Below, in pieces: positions 9,929 to 20,012 of a DNA stretch of 64,000 nucleotides. The notes under the pieces are model-generated. The model was given only the letters and a program-made list of their open reading frames with translations, was not told where the DNA came from and searched no databases. Position 1 is the stretch's first letter; every line of letters starts with the position of its first letter. A program made the position numbers and the translations under genes. The DNA comes from an uncultured Acidobacteriota bacterium (GTDB lineage: Bacteria; Acidobacteriota; UBA6911; CAINFC01). Location of the stretch: positions 12,196-76,195 of the forward strand of contig CAZTVS010000004.1 in NCBI GenBank assembly GCA_964617125.1, read 5' to 3'.

Positions 9929-12046
9929 TTAACGGAACCGGATCTGGTGTTCCACCGGATTGCCATCCCGGAATTCGAAGGGGCAGCGTACCACCAGGGT
10001 GTGGTCGTTGGCGTCCTTGGCCAGCCACAGGCCGGCCGGATCTTTCAACGACATTTCTTTGGGAACGGTGAGGTATACATTGCCCTGCAATCCCGCCGGG
10101 CGTTGCGCCCGGATGGTTAAGGTCTTTTCCGACTCATTCCATAGGCACGACTCGATCTCCGCCTGGCCCTGGCGGATATGCATATCGGTGGAAAGGAGCC
10201 AGGGGTGCCTCTGTCGCCCGGCAATCCGCCATAACTTTACCGACTGCGGCGGTACCGAGCCCTGGAAATGTCCCGTATGTACTCCCATGTACTTGCCGGC
10301 CCAATAATCCCACACCGTGCAGTCGGCGTTTTCCGGCAGTCCCAGCCGGAGAAAATCGATGACCGGTTGCAGTGACTCTTTTCCATAGTTGAAGACCGCT
10401 ACCAGGTCCCACTCGCCCCATTCCCGCGCCACATGCAGGTGGAATGTCTTCGGATACTCCGGGTCGGGTGCCTCGAACAGGTCCAGCGGCCGGCCGGCTT
10501 CCGGCAGCCGGGGAAAGACTTGACGGATCATCTCCAGCCGCGAGGGATCGATGCGGTCGATGTCGTCTCCCAGCATCAACGGGCCGCCGTTCATGCCGAA
10601 GATGGTGGAGGCAATCTCGGCATCGGCCAGAGGTAATGGCTTATCGACGGTCAGCACGTTGCCCGAGTCGGCCAGAAACAGCCGACGATGCATGAACCAG
10701 TGTGTCGCCCAGGCATCGGTTGCCCGTCGGTGGGATGTCCAGTAGGAGGCGTTGTTGATGACAAAGGTGCCGGGGTAGAAACCCTTGCCCTCTCCGTCCA
10801 GCGGCCGTCCCTCCCCGTAGTCGGTGCCTACGCGTGCGGCATTCACCAGTCCTACCCCTTGCATTGTCGGGCCGGTGCTGGAAAGCAAATAAGTATCTTC
10901 GCCGGCCGCAGCCCGGATGGCTTGAAGTCCCTGGCGAAAGGTCTCCGGGCCGGGAACGAGAGACCGGTCGAAGAAGCCGTCCGGCCGGTAGGTACCGGGA
11001 GTCGATCCGCCGATGGCATTCAGAAAATCGATCATGTAATAGCGCACTCCCCAGCGGCGATAGGTCTCGAATACCCGCCGGATGTGCTCCTGGGTTTTGG
11101 GATGTGTCGGATCGAGTATATAGGACGTTCCCCATTGGGAACTCGGCACGGTGATCGGTTGGCCGTCGCGAAGGAGTACCGCATCCTTCAGCCGCTCATA
11201 GTCTTCCAGTTCGGAATTCAGCCAGTAGGCGCCGGCCCAGAGTCCCAGCTGGAAATCCAGCCGCCCCAACTCGGTGATGAGTGCTTCCGGCCCGCTGGGG
11301 AACAGCTTCCGGTTCCACCGCAGCCAGTTTCCCGGACGGCGATCTTCCAGGTTGCCGAGGCTGACCCAAATATAATCGATGTCGAATCCAGCCAGTTTTT
11401 TCCGCACAGCCTGGGCATTGCGCCGTACCACATCCTCGTATCGCTCGATGTTGAAGCTGTCGACCCATGACCATCCTACCCAACCGGCCGGGATTTTGGG
11501 CCAAAGCGGCGGACGATAATGGGCGGCTACAGCTTCCGCCCAATGCTCCAGGGCGACATAGGGATCGGTCCCTCTCTCGATTCGCAGCGTTTCGGTGGCA
11601 ATCTCGGCCCCAGGTGCCAAGCGGTATCCCTCGAAATCGCAATAAGAGACTACGACTATACTATTTCGGCTTTCATCCCAGCGTATCTCGTGTTCGGTAG
11701 CCACACGGTCGAAGGTCACGAATCCCGTCTGCCATGCCGCTTTTCCGTCCGATAGCTGCACCAGGGTCTTGCTCCACAGCGGTTTCTCGCCACGAACTCT
11801 CTTGACGACGGAAGGTCCCTGCCATCCGGACATGACTAGGGCTACGGCATCGGCGGAAAGTTGTACGGTCTCCTCATGCAATGGATAACGGCCCAGAAGT
11901 TCCGCCTGAGCGCCTGTATTCCGGGCGATCGCCTGCACCAGTTTTATTCCTCGCTCATCCCTGGTCGTAACCTTCCAGCGCACCTCTGCCGGCATCTCCT
12001 GTATCAGACCGAGGAGTGCCCATATCAGCCAATACCATTTCTTCAT
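9929..12046 (-). CDS. Secreted glycoside hydrolase (alpha-galactosidase / clan GH-D-like, tentative)
   Basis: 705-aa ORF with an N-terminal signal peptide (MKKWYWLIWALLGLIQ). Motifs such as GVRYYMIDF and DYIWVS recall the melibiase/GH36-27 (beta/alpha)8 fold. The family assignment is by eye only. Confidence 0.45.
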   Translation of the reverse strand: MKKWYWLIWALLGLIQEMPAEVRWKVTTRDERGIKLVQAIARNTGAQAELLGRYPLHEETVQLSADAVALVMSGWQGPSVVKRVRGEKPLWSKTLVQLSDGKAAWQTGFVTFDRVATEHEIRWDESRNSIVVVSYCDFEGYRLAPGAEIATETLRIERGTDPYVALEHWAEAVAAHYRPPLWPKIPAGWVGWSWVDSFNIERYEDVVRRNAQAVRKKLAGFDIDYIWVSLGNLEDRRPGNWLRWNRKLFPSGPEALITELGRLDFQLGLWAGAYWLNSELEDYERLKDAVLLRDGQPITVPSSQWGTSYILDPTHPKTQEHIRRVFETYRRWGVRYYMIDFLNAIGGSTPGTYRPDGFFDRSLVPGPETFRQGLQAIRAAAGEDTYLLSSTGPTMQGVGLVNAARVGTDYGEGRPLDGEGKGFYPGTFVINNASYWTSHRRATDAWATHWFMHRRLFLADSGNVLTVDKPLPLADAEIASTIFGMNGGPLMLGDDIDRIDPSRLEMIRQVFPRLPEAGRPLDLFEAPDPEYPKTFHLHVAREWGEWDLVAVFNYGKESLQPVIDFLRLGLPENADCTVWDYWAGKYMGVHTGHFQGSVPPQSVKLWRIAGRQRHPWLLSTDMHIRQGQAEIESCLWNESEKTLTIRAQRPAGLQGNVYLTVPKEMSLKDPAGLWLAKDANDHTLVVRCPFEFRDGNPVEHQIRFR

Positions 12047-12175
12047 TTTTATCTCCCAACCCTGTTCCTGTCATTAAAGTACAGGGTTTATCATACAATG
12101 AGGAAGCCATATAATCTGATGGATATTTAGCAATGACAGGATTCACTATTGGTGCTTAGTAAAAAATTCAATTCT

Positions 12176-13207
12176 ATGAGAACCATCAAACCAGCTCTTT
12201 TTGTCCTTTGGGCGATAACCTTCCTGCTTGCCTTCCCTGGCTGCCGGCTGAAAGATCGCACAAAAATCGAATCCAATCATACGAAGGAACACCGGTATAA
12301 AAGCAAAATCGATCTTTCCGATATAAAAGTCGGTTATTGTACGCCTTCCCTGAATGCACCCTACTACATGGTACTGACGGAAGAGATTAAAAAAAATGTT
12401 GAATCGTATGGCATGCAATTCCTTTCCGCTGACGGGCAGGATGATATCGCCAGGCAGATCACGGCCGTGGAAGACCTCGTAGCCTCCGGGGTAAAGATTT
12501 TAATCGTAAATCCACTCGATCCGCTGGCCATCGTCACCTCGGTAAATTCCGCGGTCAGGAGCGGCATTCCTGTATTTACCATCGACAGCGGTATTGATCC
12601 CTCCGCGGAAATCACTTCCGGCGTGAAAGCCGACAATACCGGCAATGGATATTTAATCGGGGAATGGATGGCCGGAAAAATGGGAAAAGCAAACGTGAAC
12701 GCTGCCATCATAAGCGGAAGACAGGGCAATCCCGTGGGGAAAATGAAAAGGCTCGGTTTTATTCAGGGTTTTATGGAAACGCAGTTAAGGACCCTGGGAA
12801 GCTCAAACCTGAAAATCGTTTCCCAGGGATGGGGTAATTGGACAAACAATGGTGGCCTGAAGGCTATGGAAGATATCCTTGTGGCTCAACCGGAAGTCAA
12901 CCTCCTGTTTGCCGAAAACGATGCCATGGCAATGGGAGCCCTGAAGGCAATCAAGGAAGCCGGCCTGGAAGGCAAGGTACTGGTCGCCGGAGTCGACGGG
13001 CAAAAAGAGGCCGATCAGCTCATCCTGTCCGGTAAGCTGGGAGCTACTGCCTTGAACAGTCCTGGCGTTATGGCAGAAATGATGATGGAAACGATCGTGA
13101 GATATTTAAACGGAGAAAGAAATATCGATAAGCATATATTGACCCCGGCCGTTTTAATCACCAAAGAGAACGTGGAACAGTATTACGATCCCAAGGCATT
13201 CTTTTAA
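12176..13207 (+). CDS. Sugar ABC transporter substrate-binding lipoprotein (RbsB/periplasmic-binding-protein type I-like)
   Basis: The ORF begins with TTG at 12149, but the likely ATG start is at 12176 (MRTIKPALFVLWAITFLLAFPGC, lipobox). A periplasmic sugar-binding fold is suggested by VKILIVNPLDP…IPVFTIDSG. It is followed by an ABC ATPase and a permease. Confidence 0.7.
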   Translation: MRTIKPALFVLWAITFLLAFPGCRLKDRTKIESNHTKEHRYKSKIDLSDIKVGYCTPSLNAPYYMVLTEEIKKNVESYGMQFLSADGQDDIARQITAVEDLVASGVKILIVNPLDPLAIVTSVNSAVRSGIPVFTIDSGIDPSAEITSGVKADNTGNGYLIGEWMAGKMGKANVNAAIISGRQGNPVGKMKRLGFIQGFMETQLRTLGSSNLKIVSQGWGNWTNNGGLKAMEDILVAQPEVNLLFAENDAMAMGALKAIKEAGLEGKVLVAGVDGQKEADQLILSGKLGATALNSPGVMAEMMMETIVRYLNGERNIDKHILTPAVLITKENVEQYYDPKAFF

Positions 13208-13223
13208 AAAAAATAAAACCCGT

Positions 13224-14714
13224 ATGAATACCATCAACAGGGTTGAATTGTTGCATATCGCCAAATCGTTCGGCGGAGTCAGGGCTTTGAAAGATGTGAG
13301 TCTGCAAGTTCAACCGGGTGAGGTGCACGCTTTGCTGGGTGAGAACGGTGCCGGGAAATCTACCCTGATGAAGGTTCTTTCGGGAGCCCATCAAAAGGAC
13401 AGCGGCAAAATCCTTATCGACGGTCACGAGGTACACATCAAGAACACAGCCGACAGCAAAAAACTGGGGATCGGAATCATTTATCAGGAGTTTTCCCTTG
13501 TACCCGATTTGTCGGTTTCCGAAAATATCTACCTGAACCGGCTGAACAGGCATTTCCGGGTACCCTGGAAGAAGATCGCCAGGGATTCTTCCGAACTGAT
13601 TCAAAGAATGGGATTCAACATCGATCCTCTTCGTAAAGTGAGTTCCTTGACCGTAGCCGAACAACAGATTGTTGAAATAGCGAAAGCCCTGTCGGAAAAA
13701 GTAAAAGTCCTGATCCTGGATGAGCCATCGGCTGTGTTGGGAACCAGGGAGATCGAAAGACTATTCGCGATCATCAGAGAATTAAAAGAGCAGGATGTGT
13801 CCGTCATTTATATTTCGCACCATCTCAGTGAAATCTTTTCTATTGCCGACAGGGTTACGGTCATTAAAGATGGTGTGACGGCAGGAAGCCGCTATATCAA
13901 TGAGACCGATAAGGATTCCCTGATCGCCCTGATGCTGGGCCGGAACCTTGGAACTATGTTTGCGGAAAGAACGGTCCAACCGGGCGAAGAGATCATCTCA
14001 GTCCAGAACATCCGTTATAAAGACCGGGTGAAAGATGTTTCGTTCTCCATACGCTCGGGTGAGGTGCTCGGCCTCGCCGGCCTGGTTGGGAGCGGAAGAA
14101 CGGAAGTGGCAGAAACTGTTTTCGCGGCAGTGAAAAAAGATAAAGGAACCATAAGGCTGAACCACAGAGAGGTCAACGCCGGTTCACCCAGCGGGTCGGT
14201 AAAACTGGGAATCGGGATGGTGAATGAAGACAGAAAACAGAAAGGAGTTCTGCTCGATCTTCTGGTTTCACAAAATATCACACTTACCAGTTTGGGATCC
14301 GTCAGTAACCGGTTGGGATTTATTAACAGGAAAAAGGAGAAGAAGATTGCAGAGGAACTGATTGCAAGGTTGAGGATCAAAGTTTCCGGCCGGGAAATGA
14401 TCGTGGGTAATTTAAGCGGCGGCAACCAGCAAAAAGTCGCCATAGCCAAATGGGTGAACCGGAGCTGCCAATTTTTAATTGTTGATGAACCAACCCGGGG
14501 AGTGGATGTCGGCGCCAGGGTGGAAATTTATGCTTTGATCAATGAACTGGCGGAAAGCGGGGTGGCGATCCTGGTCATTTCCTCGGAGACCAGTGAACTG
14601 ATGGGATTGTGTGATCGGATCCTGGTGATGAAAAACGGATCCGTACAGGGGGCGTTATCGAAAAATGAATTTTCGGAAGAACAAATATTACGACTGGCTA
14701 TTGGAGTTCGATAG
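13224..14714 (+). CDS. Sugar ABC transporter ATP-binding protein with duplicated NBDs (RbsA/MglA-like)
   Basis: Walker A GENGAGKSTLMKVLSG and signature LSGGNQQKVAIAKW. Two nucleotide-binding domains in 496 aa. Confidence 0.85.
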   Translation: MNTINRVELLHIAKSFGGVRALKDVSLQVQPGEVHALLGENGAGKSTLMKVLSGAHQKDSGKILIDGHEVHIKNTADSKKLGIGIIYQEFSLVPDLSVSENIYLNRLNRHFRVPWKKIARDSSELIQRMGFNIDPLRKVSSLTVAEQQIVEIAKALSEKVKVLILDEPSAVLGTREIERLFAIIRELKEQDVSVIYISHHLSEIFSIADRVTVIKDGVTAGSRYINETDKDSLIALMLGRNLGTMFAERTVQPGEEIISVQNIRYKDRVKDVSFSIRSGEVLGLAGLVGSGRTEVAETVFAAVKKDKGTIRLNHREVNAGSPSGSVKLGIGMVNEDRKQKGVLLDLLVSQNITLTSLGSVSNRLGFINRKKEKKIAEELIARLRIKVSGREMIVGNLSGGNQQKVAIAKWVNRSCQFLIVDEPTRGVDVGARVEIYALINELAESGVAILVISSETSELMGLCDRILVMKNGSVQGALSKNEFSEEQILRLAIGVR

Positions 14715-14719
14715 ACAGA

Positions 14720-15679
14720 TTGAACGAAATAGAAATACCTGCCATGACAAAAAAGTATATTCAGCTTCTGATTCAATATAATACGGAAGTCATCTTTTTC
14801 ATCATGCTGTTCGTATCGGCATGTTTCTCGGATGCTTTCTTCACTACTTCCAATCTTTTCAACCTCCTCCGACAGGTAACACCCGTAGGGATTATCAGCA
14901 TGGGGATGTTGCTGGTCATACTGACCGGCGGAATTGATTTGAGCGTGGGATCGGTTGTAGCCACGTCAGGAGTGTTGGTTGCTTTTTTCACACAGCTGAT
15001 GGACTGGCCCTCTTCCGTATTTCTAAGCTTGACTGCGGGTCTGGTCGTCGGGTTCATATCCGGTTTTTTTGTTGCCTATCAGAAAATGGCTCCCTTTATC
15101 GTGACACTGGCTCTGATGACAATTGTCAGGGGGACCGGTTTTATTATTTCCAAGGGAGCTCCGATTATGGTTCATGAAGATGAGCTGGCCCTGGTTCATT
15201 TCGGAAGCGGATATTTTCTTGGCCTGCCTAATCCGGCCATCGTCCTGTTTGCTGTTTTCGGAATCGTTCTGGTGATATTAAACTACAATGTCTTTGGACG
15301 GGTTGTGATCGCGATCGGAAGCAATGAAGAGGCAGTGCGCCTGTCGGGGATCAAGGTACAGCGGTATAAGTTTGCCGTTTATATGATTGCCGGTGTTTTA
15401 TCTTCCCTTGCAGGAATTATGTTGGTATCAAGATCCTCCGTCGGTTCACCCGTCATGGCGATAGGAATGGAACTCGATGTGATTGCGGCCGTGGTCATAG
15501 GAGGTGCTTCGCTGAAAGGGGGGAAGGGATCTGCCCTGAATACCCTTCTGGGCGTTCTCATCTTAGGCATGATCGGAAATATCATGAACTTAAAGAACGT
15601 ACCTGCCTATCCGCAGCAGGTCATCAAAGGAGTAATCATTTTATTTGCCGTTTTGCTTCAGCGTTACCAGGAGAAATAA
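14720..15679 (+). CDS. Sugar ABC transporter permease (RbsC-like)
   Basis: 319-aa hydrophobic ORF that sits after the binding-protein and ATPase genes. The start could be TTG at 14720 or ATG at 14744. Confidence 0.75.
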   Translation: MNEIEIPAMTKKYIQLLIQYNTEVIFFIMLFVSACFSDAFFTTSNLFNLLRQVTPVGIISMGMLLVILTGGIDLSVGSVVATSGVLVAFFTQLMDWPSSVFLSLTAGLVVGFISGFFVAYQKMAPFIVTLALMTIVRGTGFIISKGAPIMVHEDELALVHFGSGYFLGLPNPAIVLFAVFGIVLVILNYNVFGRVVIAIGSNEEAVRLSGIKVQRYKFAVYMIAGVLSSLAGIMLVSRSSVGSPVMAIGMELDVIAAVVIGGASLKGGKGSALNTLLGVLILGMIGNIMNLKNVPAYPQQVIKGVIILFAVLLQRYQEK

Positions 15680-15699
15680 TTGACCATACAGAGAAAGAT

Positions 15700-16722
15700 A
15701 TGAGACAGGCAGTTATGACAGCACCCGGGAAGATTGTGTTCCGGGAGGCAGAAAAACCGGGGCCTTTAAAAGAGAAGGAAATATTGCTTTGTATCCGAAG
15801 AATTGGTATCTGCGGCTCGGATATTCATGTTTATCACGGAAAACATCCGGCAACCCCATACCCGGTGGTCCAGGGTCATGAGTATTCCGGTGTGGTGGAA
15901 GCGATAGGAAGTGCCGTAACCCGGGCCAGGGTAGGTATGCAGGCTACGGCAAGGCCCCAACTGGTTTGCGGGAAATGCGGCCCGTGTTTAAGAGGACAAT
16001 ACAACGCCTGTCAGAACCTGAAGGTACAGGGATTCCAGGCTCCAGGTGTGGCTCAGGATTATTTTGTCGTTGAGGAAGACCGCCTGGTGGTGCTTCCCGA
16101 TTCCATGAGCCTCGACCAGGGGGCCATGGTGGAACCCGCTTCCGTAGGGGCGCATGCGACCGGGCGGGCCAATGATTTAAGGGGTAAAAATGTCGTGGTC
16201 AGCGGGGCCGGAACCATCGGGAACATGGTGGCGCAATTCGCCAAGGCAAGAGGGGCCAAAAAAGTGCTGATCACCGACCTGAGTGAATACAGGCTGGCCA
16301 GGGCGAAGGAATGTGGTATTGATGAAGTGCTCAGTCTTAGGGGAACCGCCTTCGCCGAGGGGGTTAAAAAGTGCTTTGGGAAGGAGGGATTCCAGGCAGG
16401 CTTTGAATCGGCCGGAGTGCAGGCTTCCCTCGATGTCCTGATTGAGAATATCGAAAAAGGGGGTGACGTCGTCATCCTTGGAGTGTATGCAAAAAATCCG
16501 GTTGTAAACATGTATTACGTCGGAGAACATGAATTGAATCTCTTTGGATCCATGATGTACCGTCAGGAAGATTACCTGCTGGCCGTCGATAGCATAGCCT
16601 CCGGAAAGATCAAGACCGCACCGTTGTTGACCGATCGTTTCCCGTTTGAGAAATATGCGGAGGCATATCGGCATATTGAAAACCAGGGCGACAAAACCTT
16701 AAAAGTGATCATCGACCTGTAA
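15700..16722 (+). CDS. Zinc-dependent medium-chain alcohol/polyol dehydrogenase (sorbitol/L-iditol dehydrogenase-like)
   Basis: Contains GICGSDIHVYHG (zinc ADH signature) and a structural-zinc Cys cluster (CGKCGPCLRGQYNAC). A Rossmann motif (GAGTIG) is also present. Confidence 0.8.
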   Translation: MRQAVMTAPGKIVFREAEKPGPLKEKEILLCIRRIGICGSDIHVYHGKHPATPYPVVQGHEYSGVVEAIGSAVTRARVGMQATARPQLVCGKCGPCLRGQYNACQNLKVQGFQAPGVAQDYFVVEEDRLVVLPDSMSLDQGAMVEPASVGAHATGRANDLRGKNVVVSGAGTIGNMVAQFAKARGAKKVLITDLSEYRLARAKECGIDEVLSLRGTAFAEGVKKCFGKEGFQAGFESAGVQASLDVLIENIEKGGDVVILGVYAKNPVVNMYYVGEHELNLFGSMMYRQEDYLLAVDSIASGKIKTAPLLTDRFPFEKYAEAYRHIENQGDKTLKVIIDL

Positions 16723-16735
16723 TATTTTTTAAGAC

Positions 16736-18205
16736 ATGCGACTTAACCAAAACACCCTTTCCAGACTGGATAAGCGAATCCATATTCCAACGTATGCTCG
16801 TTCCTCTTTATCGGCCGGAATGGTTCACATTGGTCTTGGGAATTTTCACCGGTCCCACCAGGCGTATATCATGGACCGATACATGCAGGAAACAAATGCC
16901 ACCGACTGGGGTATTTGCGCCATAGGATTACTCCCGCAGGACGAATCCATCTGCAAAAGAATGGAACAGCAGGATTGTTTATATACACTTTCGGAGAAAA
17001 AAGAGGACGGAACCGTTAAGGTGAGTGTCATTGGTTCCATTATTCAATGTTTGCATGCCCCGCCGAATCCGCAGGCGGCCATGAACCGGATGGCCGCACC
17101 GGAAACCAGGCTGATCACACTGACCATTACGGAAGGGGGTTACAACTTCGATTCTTCTACGGGTCGGTTTCTGTCGGATCATCCGCTTGTACTATGGGAC
17201 ATGGAAAATCCCGGAACCCCCAAAACGGTATTTGGCTACCTGTCGGGTGCACTGGACCGGAGAAGGAAATCAGGTTCGGGTAGGGTTACCATCCTGTCGT
17301 GCGATAATATCCAGCACAACGGGGATATACTGCGGAAGATGCTCCTGACCTATATATCGTTGGCGTATCCCGATTTGAAAGAGTGGGTTCTGGAAAATGT
17401 CGCTTTCCCCAACAGCATGGTGGACAGGATTACTCCCGCATCGGTCAGAGAGGATACAGATTTTTTAGCGCATACATTTCAAATCGAAGATCTTTGTCCT
17501 GTTGTCTCGGAACCTTTTTTCCAGTGGGTTGTGGAAGACAATTTTAAAAACGATCGGCCCCTGCTGGAAACGGTGGGTGCAGAATTCGTGAGGAATGTTA
17601 CCCCTTATGAAAACATGAAGCTGAGACTATTGAATGCAGGACATTCCTTCCTGGGTTTTCTGGGGAAACGGGCAGGTTGCCGGTTCATTCATGAAGCGGT
17701 CGCCGACCCATCCATCTTGGATTCCCTTATGAAATTTTATAACGAGGAAGCTGTTCCCAATATCGACGATTTTCAGGTCTCGGAATTGAATGATTACGTG
17801 AAGACGCTGATCGGCCGATTTGGAAATCCGTATATCAGGGATTCCGTTGACAGGATACTTTCAGGCTCCTCTGCGAAGATTCCGAAATTCCTGATACCCA
17901 CCATATCCGACCAGATGCTAAAAGATCAAAAGGCCGAAATGGGCGTTTTGGTTATCGCTGCGTGGTATTGCTATCTGGAGAGCATGGGTGACCCGGCAGA
18001 AATACAGGATGACATGGGCACTCTGCTCTTTGAAAAAGTACATAATCAGGGTTCCCGGGGTCATCTGGAATTCATTGAAACGGTTCCTGTTTTTGGCGAC
18101 CTGGCAAAAAATATTTCCTTTGTCAACCAGTATGAGTCGGCTCTTAGCCATCTTCACTGCCAGATTCCACCTCCGACTTCTGGCTGCAATAGCCGGAAGC
18201 CTTAA
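16736..18205 (+). CDS. Mannitol dehydrogenase family oxidoreductase (fructuronate/mannonate reductase UxuB / mannitol 2-dehydrogenase-like)
   Basis: The N-terminus (VHIGLGNFHRSHQAYIMD) matches the mannitol-dehydrogenase Rossmann domain. 489 aa, which is typical for the family. Confidence 0.7.
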   Translation: MRLNQNTLSRLDKRIHIPTYARSSLSAGMVHIGLGNFHRSHQAYIMDRYMQETNATDWGICAIGLLPQDESICKRMEQQDCLYTLSEKKEDGTVKVSVIGSIIQCLHAPPNPQAAMNRMAAPETRLITLTITEGGYNFDSSTGRFLSDHPLVLWDMENPGTPKTVFGYLSGALDRRRKSGSGRVTILSCDNIQHNGDILRKMLLTYISLAYPDLKEWVLENVAFPNSMVDRITPASVREDTDFLAHTFQIEDLCPVVSEPFFQWVVEDNFKNDRPLLETVGAEFVRNVTPYENMKLRLLNAGHSFLGFLGKRAGCRFIHEAVADPSILDSLMKFYNEEAVPNIDDFQVSELNDYVKTLIGRFGNPYIRDSVDRILSGSSAKIPKFLIPTISDQMLKDQKAEMGVLVIAAWYCYLESMGDPAEIQDDMGTLLFEKVHNQGSRGHLEFIETVPVFGDLAKNISFVNQYESALSHLHCQIPPPTSGCNSRKP

Positions 18206-18327
18206 CCATATTCGCTGATGGCATAGGCTTTTTAAGCCTGTAAGATCGATATCCGGGAGCTCTTTCCAATCCGTTCAGGAAATAGGGTGCCGAAGAGAAA
18301 GAAACCCTTCAGGCTGGGAAGCGGATT

Positions 18328-20010
18328 TCAATCGGAGGAGAAGATTTGCATACCCTCCAGCAGGACGGCTCCGGCGGGGAGGGGAGGATCGATGGCCAGT
18401 TTTCCGGAATGGTCCACTCTCTCGCACAGTACCGATTCCTGTACCTTCAAGGAATGGAGAAAATACTCTTTGATCGCTTGGATGCGATTCTTGGCCATTT
18501 CGGATTCTTCCGGCGAGGGGGCCTCGCAGTAAATGACCATTCGAAAATCGATTCCGGAACGGTCCAGCCGCCGATAAAAATCGGCCAGTTTCTGCTGTAT
18601 TTCCAGGGTAAGCCGGATGGTGCCTTTTTTAAACCGGGAAAAATCGAGAACCAGGGAATACTCCGGGGCCCGTAGGCGGCTCTCTCCCTCGATGCGCACT
18701 GGCCGGGCCAGTCGCGTACTCAGCAGGTTTTGCAGTATCTGCCGTCCCTGTTCCGTAACCGGTTGAGCGGATTCCATGGCACAGCGCAGAATCATAGGCC
18801 GGTCGGTGGATTCCAGAACGATTTGCGTCTGCTGCAGCCGTATGTCCGGCAGTACGGAGAAGGTTTCCCGGGCTGCCTGGGAGATGGAATCCAGAATCCT
18901 CTGCTCGAAGTTACGCAAGGGCATACGGGCTATCTCGGCGCGTACATATTCGCGAACCGCCTCTCCGCCGCCTTTCAGGATATCGAGCTTGCGGGCGGTG
19001 TCTCCTACTCCGGCCTCTTCCACAATGATCTGCTGTATGTCCAGCCGAACACTTTTTCCGATTCTTGCCGACAGGCTTCGGGATACGTCGTCGATGGTTT
19101 CCTTATCGAAGCGATTGATGGTATGGATGATCACCTCGATAGGGACCGGATCCTGGGTTTCGTCGAAGTTCATCTCGACGATCCGGGATTTTTTCTTTTG
19201 TTCCATTTCGTTTTGCAGGATTCGGGAGATTTCCCGCTGTAAACGGGCGTGTCCCGCGGCCAGGGAGAGAGTGTGGATCAGCGGGATGGACATGAGAATC
19301 AATACGATAGATGCCACCAGGATGCGGTTTCGTACCATCAGCCGGTGTTTCTGTGGCACCATCTGCTGCCGCGGGCGAAAACCGGCCACCAGGAAGATCA
19401 GATCGGCGCTGATGATGATCGACATCAGGTTGGTGAAAAACAGCATGAAACCGCCGGAAGCCACCTGCCATTGCATGGTGCTCAGTCCATAGCCGACCAC
19501 GGCCAACGGCGGCATGATGGCGGTGGCGATGGCCACCCCGGGAATGATGGTCAATCCTTTCTGCCATTTGACCAGGGCCACCGTTCCCGCGATACCGGAA
19601 AAGAAGGCAATGAGCAGATCCATCAGATTGGGGTGGGTACGAGCCAGAATCTCCGGGGTCAATTCCTTCAGGGGAGAAAGCCAGGTTGCTATCGCGGCAA
19701 TGGTAATAGCCTCGATAACGCTCAGCAGGACATTCTTCAGAGCCTTTTTGCCCAGCTGCCAGTCCGCCAGGGTCAAGGCCAGTCCGCAACACAGGATGGG
19801 TCCCATCAACGGGGAGATAAGCATGGCGCCGATGATGACCGCCGGGCTGTTGGTCAGCAGTCCCAGAAGGGCGATCATACAGGCCAGGAATAGCATCAGC
19901 AGGTAGGTCGGCCCGAAGCGCCTGCTTTCATCGATTTCCCGATAAATCTCCTCCAGTTGCGAGTCGTCCAGCTGTGGAAAAAGCACCTGGTAAATCTGCA
20001 TTATGCCCAT
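18328..20010 (-). CDS. DUF389-family integral membrane protein with a large C-terminal soluble domain
   Basis: The TM core (ISPLMGPILCCGLAL…) is typical of DUF389/TIGR00341. The six-frame ORF extends to 20538, but that N-terminal extension is Arg-rich junk overlapping the upstream gene. A real ATG (MGIMQIYQ) lies 2 nt after the upstream stop. Confidence 0.6.
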   Translation of the reverse strand: MGIMQIYQVLFPQLDDSQLEEIYREIDESRRFGPTYLLMLFLACMIALLGLLTNSPAVIIGAMLISPLMGPILCCGLALTLADWQLGKKALKNVLLSVIEAITIAAIATWLSPLKELTPEILARTHPNLMDLLIAFFSGIAGTVALVKWQKGLTIIPGVAIATAIMPPLAVVGYGLSTMQWQVASGGFMLFFTNLMSIIISADLIFLVAGFRPRQQMVPQKHRLMVRNRILVASIVLILMSIPLIHTLSLAAGHARLQREISRILQNEMEQKKKSRIVEMNFDETQDPVPIEVIIHTINRFDKETIDDVSRSLSARIGKSVRLDIQQIIVEEAGVGDTARKLDILKGGGEAVREYVRAEIARMPLRNFEQRILDSISQAARETFSVLPDIRLQQTQIVLESTDRPMILRCAMESAQPVTEQGRQILQNLLSTRLARPVRIEGESRLRAPEYSLVLDFSRFKKGTIRLTLEIQQKLADFYRRLDRSGIDFRMVIYCEAPSPEESEMAKNRIQAIKEYFLHSLKVQESVLCERVDHSGKLAIDPPLPAGAVLLEGMQIFSSD

Positions 20011-20012
20011 GA

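Noticed and set aside
18206-18327. AGGCTT-TTT-AAGCCT hairpin between convergent uxuB-like and DUF389 genes as an intrinsic terminator
   Set aside because: The stem is short (6 bp) and no T-tract follows on either strand. It is possibly functional but too weak to call as a feature.
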